Below, in pieces: positions 59,050 through 64,000 of a stretch of 64,000 nt of DNA (positions are counted from its first letter, which is position 1; each line of letters opens with the position of its first letter). Below the pieces are notes generated by a model. It was not told where the DNA came from, ran no database searches, and saw only the letters and a program-made list of their open reading frames with translations. This stretch comes from an uncultured Verrucomicrobia subdivision 3 bacterium (GTDB lineage Bacteria; Verrucomicrobiota; Verrucomicrobiia; Limisphaerales; UBA11358): positions 12,730 to 76,729 of the forward strand of contig CAIXFY010000050.1 of assembly GCA_903918885.1 (NCBI GenBank), in the 5' to 3' direction. A program made the position numbers and the translations under genes.

Positions 59050-59685
59050 ATGCTGCACCGCGAGTTCATTCCCGCTGCGGATAAAAATTCCCGCCGCCTC
59101 TTTGTCGTCCTGCATGGCCTTGGCGATTCCATTGAAGGCTGGCGCTGGCTACCCGGCGCGCTCGATTTGCCGGAGATGAATTATCTTCTCGTCAACGCGC
59201 CCGACGAATACTACGGCGGCTATTCGTGGTTCAATTATCCCGGCGACATCTCGCCGGGTATCCATCGCAGCCGGAAATTGCTGTTTGAACTGCTTGATGA
59301 TTTGCGCGCGAAGAATTTTCCTGCCGACCAGATTACGCTCGGCGGATTTTCGCAGGGTTGCCTCATGTCCATCGAAACCGGTCTGCGCTATCCGCACCGG
59401 CTCGCCGGTATCGTCGGTATCAGCGGCTGGGTTTTTGAGGTTGAAAATTTAATTCGCGACCTCACGCCCGTTGCCAAATCGCAACGGCTGCTCATCACGC
59501 ATGGCCATTACGACCCCATTCTTCCTTTTGCCGAAGTCCACGCGCAGGCCCAACAACTCCAAGCCGCTGGCCTCAATGTCACTTGGCGCGAATATCCCAA
59601 GGAACATACCATTCACGGCACGGAAGAAATCACCGCCATCCGCGACTTCGTGAACGCCGGCTATGTGGGGAAGTCAGAAGTATGA
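59050..59685 (+). CDS. Phospholipase/carboxylesterase (alpha/beta hydrolase)
   Basis: LHGLGDS, GGFSQG, HG.YD, H near C-terminus. Confidence 0.9.
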   Translation: MLHREFIPAADKNSRRLFVVLHGLGDSIEGWRWLPGALDLPEMNYLLVNAPDEYYGGYSWFNYPGDISPGIHRSRKLLFELLDDLRAKNFPADQITLGGFSQGCLMSIETGLRYPHRLAGIVGISGWVFEVENLIRDLTPVAKSQRLLITHGHYDPILPFAEVHAQAQQLQAAGLNVTWREYPKEHTIHGTEEITAIRDFVNAGYVGKSEV

Positions 59686-59749
59686 ATGAAGAATGGTGAA
59701 GTTTTGTGCGCGGTGCGCTGGATTTACCTCTGCATTCAAAATTCTGCCT

Positions 59750-59950
59750 TCAGACTTCCAGCTGGCGGTGCGCGCCCGGCATCCAGATTTGTTCCGGCCG
59801 CGGCTGCGATTGTTCCTGCCACGCATTTTCCACCGCCGAGCGCATCTTGGCGAACCACCATTTCGCGCGCGCCACGCGGGTCTCTCGCTTGCGCCCGTAG
59901 ATGCGGGTCTGCGTTCCGTTGAATCCGAGTTCGAGTTGATTTGTCGTCAT
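59750..59950 (-). CDS. Small hypothetical protein (66 aa)
   Basis: AGAAAGG RBS; MTTNQLELGF...RAKWWFAKMR. Confidence 0.65.
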   Translation of the reverse strand: MTTNQLELGFNGTQTRIYGRKRETRVARAKWWFAKMRSAVENAWQEQSQPRPEQIWMPGAHRQLEV

Positions 59951-59988
59951 AATATGCCTTTCTTTCGACGATATCCTCGCATGGTGGG

Positions 59989-60007
59989 TAGGACATTGGC
60001 TGTCCTA
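59989..60007. promoter_or_regulatory. Palindromic operator-like site TAGGACA-N5-TGTCCTA
   Basis: Perfect 7-bp IR 38 nt upstream of the 66-aa gene. Confidence 0.45.
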
Positions 60008-60072
60008 GTGAAAAATTAACTCAAAATATTTTTGGCGGGAAAACGCAGACAAACCAACCAATCAAAACCAGA

Positions 60073-60435
60073 TTAACGAATCTCCACCACGTCGCCGGCT
60101 TCCAATGGAATCACCGCGCCATTGAACAGAATCCGTGGGTCAAGTTTCGCACTTTCGCCCTGACGCGTGAGGATAATTTCCTTTGGCTCGCTGGCTTCTA
60201 GATAATTTGCCGTGGCAATCGCCTGCGCCAGCGTCAAGCCCGCCACCCACGGCACGGAAGAATTTTGCACCGGCCCGATGACCGAAACTTTCGGAAAAGC
60301 AGATTGCGCCTGCTGCTGCAAAATGGCGTTCTGTCCGGCGAGAAACGCATTCTGCTCTTTCAACCGTGCGGTGGATTTCGTCGTGCAGCCGCAGATTGCC
60401 AGCGCCAGTGCCAAAATTATCAGTTCCAGTTTCAT
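60073..60435 (-). CDS. Putative lipoprotein with SLBB/beta-grasp-like domain
   Basis: Lipobox-like ICGC; VSVIGPV, GLTLAQAI, LEAGDVVEI. Confidence 0.7.
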   Translation of the reverse strand: MKLELIILALALAICGCTTKSTARLKEQNAFLAGQNAILQQQAQSAFPKVSVIGPVQNSSVPWVAGLTLAQAIATANYLEASEPKEIILTRQGESAKLDPRILFNGAVIPLEAGDVVEIR

Positions 60436-61199
60436 CGTGCACCGATGTCGTTTTTCCACGCCGCCACCGCCGATTTAATTTCGCCCGCGCAATTCACCTT
60501 TGGCTTAACAAACTTTGGTGTGAACCACGGAAAACTCCCGATTAAATCATGCGTCACCAAAATTTGCCCATCACAATCCGGTCCGCTGCCGATGCCAATC
60601 GTCGGAATGGAAATGCTTTCGGAAATTTCCTTTGCGACTGGCGGCGTGACGAGTTCCAGCACAATTGCAAATGCGCCCACATCGCTCAAAGCCTTGGCAT
60701 CATTGAGTAATTTCTGATGTTCCGCGTCCTGCTTGCCTTTGATTTTGTAGCCGCCTTCTTCGAGGACGTGTTGCGGCAACATTCCCAGATGACCGCAAAA
60801 AGCAATTCCCGCCGCGATGATAGCCTTCACTTGCGGTAAAATTTCTGCGCCACCCTCCGCCTTTACAAAATCCGCACCCGCCGCCACCAGCCGTTTCGCG
60901 TTTGCAACCGCCTCGGAAATAGTCCCGTAACTGTTGAACGGCAAATCGCCGCCGAGCAGCGCCTTGGGTTTTGCCCGAGCGGCGGCGCGGACGTGATGCT
61001 CCATCTCCGCCATCGTGACGTGCGTCGTGTCCGGATAGCCCAGCACGACCATACCGACTGAATCGCCGACGAGCAGCAACGGCACGCCCGCTTCATCGAG
61101 CAGCTTCGCCATTGGAAAATCATACGCCGTGAGTGCGGCAATCTTCTCGCCGCGCGCTTTCATGGCGCGGATCGTCTCGGTGGTGATTTTGGAATTCAT
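60432..61199 (-). CDS. panB: 3-methyl-2-oxobutanoate hydroxymethyltransferase
   Basis: LTAYD, LVGDS, KAEGG, GHLG..PQ, GIGSG..CDGQILV. Confidence 0.97.
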   Translation of the reverse strand: MNSKITTETIRAMKARGEKIAALTAYDFPMAKLLDEAGVPLLLVGDSVGMVVLGYPDTTHVTMAEMEHHVRAAARAKPKALLGGDLPFNSYGTISEAVANAKRLVAAGADFVKAEGGAEILPQVKAIIAAGIAFCGHLGMLPQHVLEEGGYKIKGKQDAEHQKLLNDAKALSDVGAFAIVLELVTPPVAKEISESISIPTIGIGSGPDCDGQILVTHDLIGSFPWFTPKFVKPKVNCAGEIKSAVAAWKNDIGAR

Positions 61200-62209
61200 T
61201 TACCGAAACTCGCCGCTAATTCTGTCGGCGTGGTGACCGCCGTGCCAACTTTGCCGACGACGATTCCCGCTGCGTGATTGGACAAAATCGCCGCTTCCAC
61301 CGGTGATGCGCCCGCCGCAATCGCCAGCGTGAAGCTCGCGATGACCGTGTCGCCCGCGCCGGAGACGTCGAATACTTCCTGCGCCACCGTCGGGATGTGA
61401 AACGGTTTTTGCCCGCGCTGGCAGAGCAGCATGCCAAGTTCGCCAAGCGTGATGAGCAGCAGCGCCGGGTTCAATTCCTTCAGCAGCCGCTCCGCAACCA
61501 GCATCAGGTTTTTGTCCGCGAATGGATTGGCGTTCTTCGTTTCGTCCGGCAAATCCGCGAGTTCAAACGCTTCTTTGCGGTTCGGCGTGATGAGCGAGAG
61601 GCCATTCAGATTCAGATGATGCACCGGCTTCGGGTCGAGACTCAGCCACACGCCGCGCGCGTGGCAGAGCGCTTTGATTTCGTTGAGCAACGCCTGTGTC
61701 ACTACGCCCTTGCCGTAATCGCCGACGATGACGGCATCCGCACCGGAAATTTTCTTTTTGATCTCTGCGAGCAATGCCGCATTGGTCTTGGCATCCAACG
61801 CGCCACGCGTCTCGCGATCAACACGCACAACCTGCTGCTGGTGCGCCACGATGCGCGTCTTGATACTTGTGTGACGGGTGGAAGATTTTACCAACCCGCC
61901 GCAGCCAATGTTTTGCTCGGACAAAAGTTTTAACAACTTGGCTGCCGCTTCATCCCGGCCGATGGCGCCGAACAATTCCGCCGGAGTTTTCAGGTGAACC
62001 AGATTGCGCGCCACGTTCGCCGCGCCGCCGGGCATGAAACTCTCGCGTTGGAAATCTACCACCGGCACCGGCGCTTCCGGCGAGATGCGCGATACGCCGC
62101 CCCAGATGAACTGGTCGAGCATCACGTCGCCGACGACGAGCACGCGGGTCTTTTGCGCGACGGCCAAAATCTGTCTGGCACGCGAAGCGGATAATTTATT
62201 TGCACTCAT
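61196..62209 (-). CDS. hldA: D-glycero-beta-D-manno-heptose-7-phosphate kinase (RfaE/HldE domain I)
   Basis: GDVMLD, RISPEAPVPV, DYGKG, DVSGAGDT. Confidence 0.92.
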   Translation of the reverse strand: MSANKLSASRARQILAVAQKTRVLVVGDVMLDQFIWGGVSRISPEAPVPVVDFQRESFMPGGAANVARNLVHLKTPAELFGAIGRDEAAAKLLKLLSEQNIGCGGLVKSSTRHTSIKTRIVAHQQQVVRVDRETRGALDAKTNAALLAEIKKKISGADAVIVGDYGKGVVTQALLNEIKALCHARGVWLSLDPKPVHHLNLNGLSLITPNRKEAFELADLPDETKNANPFADKNLMLVAERLLKELNPALLLITLGELGMLLCQRGQKPFHIPTVAQEVFDVSGAGDTVIASFTLAIAAGASPVEAAILSNHAAGIVVGKVGTAVTTPTELAASFGK

Positions 62210-62217
62210 TTTATTTT

Positions 62218-62308
62218 AGCCACGGATGAAACACAGATTGAACACAGTTGAGAATGAAAACATTTTGCCGAAAATCATCTATGTTTCACCTGTGAAAATC
62301 TGCGGCTC
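62218..62308. repeat. Divergent member of the CCRCRGAT palindromic repeat family
   Basis: AGCCACGGATGAAACACAGATT...CTGTGAAAATCTGCGGCT. Confidence 0.55.
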
Positions 62309-62313
62309 AGAAT

Positions 62314-63096
62314 TCAGTTCAAAAATCCCGTCAGCGGACTCGTCGCACTGGCCGTTTCGCTTTGCGCGCCAAGGCCGATTTCAAAGGCCGCGCGTCCTGC
62401 TTCCACCGCGTGCTTGAATGCGATACCCATGCGGTTCGGATCATTCGCCACGGCGATGGCCGTGTTTACCAGCACGGCGTCCGCGCCGAGTTCCATCGCC
62501 TCCGCCGCGTGGCTCGGCGCGCCGATGCCTGCATCTACAACCACGGGAACAGTCGCCTGTTCAATGATGATTCTGATTTGGTCGCGCGTCTGGATGCCGC
62601 GATTCGAGCCGATGGGCGAACCCAGCGGCATCACCGTCGCGCAGCCGACTTCCTGCAAGCGCTTCGCCAACACTGGGTCGGCGTTGATGTAAGGCAGAAC
62701 GGTGAAACCTTCCTTCACGAGAATCTCCGCCGCCTTGAACGTCTCAATCGGATCAGGCAGCAGGTAGCGCGGGTCGGGGTGGATTTCGAGCTTCACCCAC
62801 TTCGGCAATCCGGCGGCGACAGCGAGGCGCGCGAGGCGGACTGCTTCCTCGGCATTCATCGCACCGCTGGTGTTGGGGAGGAGCAGATATTTTTTCGGGT
62901 CGATGAATTCCAGGATATTGGCGAACGGATCTTTCTGCCCGCTCAAATCCGCGCGGCGCAGGGCGACCGTGACCATCTCCGTGCCGCTGGCGGCAAGCGC
63001 ATCGCGCATGGCTTCCGGCGACGGAAATTTTCCGGTGCCGAGAATCAGGCGTGAACGGAACTCGCGTCCGGCGATGACCAAAGGTTTTAACGACAT
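62314..63096 (-). CDS. thiG: Thiazole synthase
   Basis: [36 protein letters not shown]. Confidence 0.97.
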   Translation of the reverse strand: MSLKPLVIAGREFRSRLILGTGKFPSPEAMRDALAASGTEMVTVALRRADLSGQKDPFANILEFIDPKKYLLLPNTSGAMNAEEAVRLARLAVAAGLPKWVKLEIHPDPRYLLPDPIETFKAAEILVKEGFTVLPYINADPVLAKRLQEVGCATVMPLGSPIGSNRGIQTRDQIRIIIEQATVPVVVDAGIGAPSHAAEAMELGADAVLVNTAIAVANDPNRMGIAFKHAVEAGRAAFEIGLGAQSETASATSPLTGFLN

Positions 63097-63159
63097 TCGT
63101 GACAATTTAGAAAATTCCACCGGTTTGTCGAGCCGGTGGTTGGTCGCGGCCACTGCGGA

Positions 63160-63191
63160 CTTTCCGCTTTCCGCCTTCCGCTTTCCGCTTT
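63160..63191. repeat. Heptamer tandem repeat (TTTCCGC)x4
   Basis: Direct reading; one unit has a single mismatch. Confidence 0.8.
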
Positions 63192-63199
63192 AGTCTGGC

Positions 63200-63961
63200 G
63201 TGATGTTTCGTCCGTGCATTGACCTGCATGAAGGCAAGGTAAAGCAAATCGTCGGCGGCACGCTCAGCGATGCCGGCGCGCGCACGAATTTTGTCTCCGC
63301 CCAATCCGCCGCGTGGTTCGCCGAGCTTTACCGGCGCGACAATTTGCGCGGTGGACACGTCATTCAACTTGGTTCCGGCAACGAAACTGAAGCCCGTGCT
63401 GCACTTGCGGCGTTTCCCGGCGGACTACACCTCGGCGGCGGCGTGAATGCCGCAAATGCGCGCGGCTGGCTCGACGCCGGTGCGTCGCACGTCATCGTCA
63501 CGAGCTGGGTCTTTCGCGAAGGCCGCGTGGATTGGGCGCGGCTCGACGAACTCGTCCAAGCCATCGGCAAGGAAAAACTTGTTTTGGATTTAAGCTGCCG
63601 CAAACGCGACGGGAAATATTTCGTCGTTACCGACCGCTGGCAGAAGTTCACCGACTTGGAAGTAAACGCCGCGACGCTGCAAAAATTTTCCGCCTACTGC
63701 GACGAATTTTTAATTCACGCCGTGGATGTAGAAGGTTTGTGTCGCGGCATTGACCGGGAGTTGGCTTCTATGCTAGGCCAGTTTACGCCGATTCCGACAA
63801 CCTATGCCGGCGGGGCGAGTTCGCTCGCCGATTTGGAAGAAGTCACCAAACTAGGGCAGGGGAACGTTGACCTGACCATCGGTTCCGCGCTGGACATTTT
63901 CGGCGGCAGCGGCGTGAAATACGCCGACTGCGTGGCGTTCAATCGCCTTCACGCCAAATAA
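63200..63961 (+). CDS. hisA: ProFAR isomerase HisA, eukaryote (His6)-like type
   Basis: FRPCIDLHEGKVKQIVGGTL, VLDLSCRK, HAVDVEG, DLTIGSALDIFGG. Confidence 0.93.
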   Translation: MMFRPCIDLHEGKVKQIVGGTLSDAGARTNFVSAQSAAWFAELYRRDNLRGGHVIQLGSGNETEARAALAAFPGGLHLGGGVNAANARGWLDAGASHVIVTSWVFREGRVDWARLDELVQAIGKEKLVLDLSCRKRDGKYFVVTDRWQKFTDLEVNAATLQKFSAYCDEFLIHAVDVEGLCRGIDRELASMLGQFTPIPTTYAGGASSLADLEEVTKLGQGNVDLTIGSALDIFGGSGVKYADCVAFNRLHAK

Positions 63962-64000
63962 AAACGCCGCCGGAAAAAATCCGACGGCGCCGGTTGTTGG

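Noticed and set aside
63097-63199. TPP riboswitch upstream of thiG
   Set aside because: No CTGAGA or GATAAT..GCG core seen; the region is short and partly heptamer repeat

Overview
GC-rich bacterial chromosome segment, most likely Verrucomicrobiota (Pedosphaera/Limisphaera-like). This is inferred from gene order, an ECF with a long C-terminal extension, Thr/Asn-rich secreted proteins with 'STNL..W..RFYR' tails, and the REP types. The backbone is housekeeping: bamA-dnaB, hemW, csp, gltBD, ppnP, mnmA, prs-rplY-pth-rpsF-ssb-rplI, yajC-secDF, lipA, 2-oxoacid dehydrogenase E1/E2, panB, hldA, thiG, hisA. The main accessory feature is a ~20.6 kb locus (5501-26159). An OmpR-family two-component system lies divergent from a ~17 kb operon of exported proteins: three YHYH proteins, an MbnP-MbnH fusion, an FGE-domain/arylsulfotransferase fusion, a sulfatase/metallophosphoesterase fusion and two more metallophosphoesterases. 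A second unit (unlisted 30-codon ORF, receiver protein, Spy-like protein) follows. All three promoters share the direct-repeat box CTTCA-N6-CTTAAGG. Next to it is an ECF-sigma module whose two genes share a near-identical 38-bp promoter. Several REP-like and heptamer palindrome families are present, two inserted in frame into genes and one bracketing a GxxExxY nuclease gene inside gltBD. No rRNA, tRNA, CRISPR array or transposase was recognised. All family assignments come from motif reading, not database searches.
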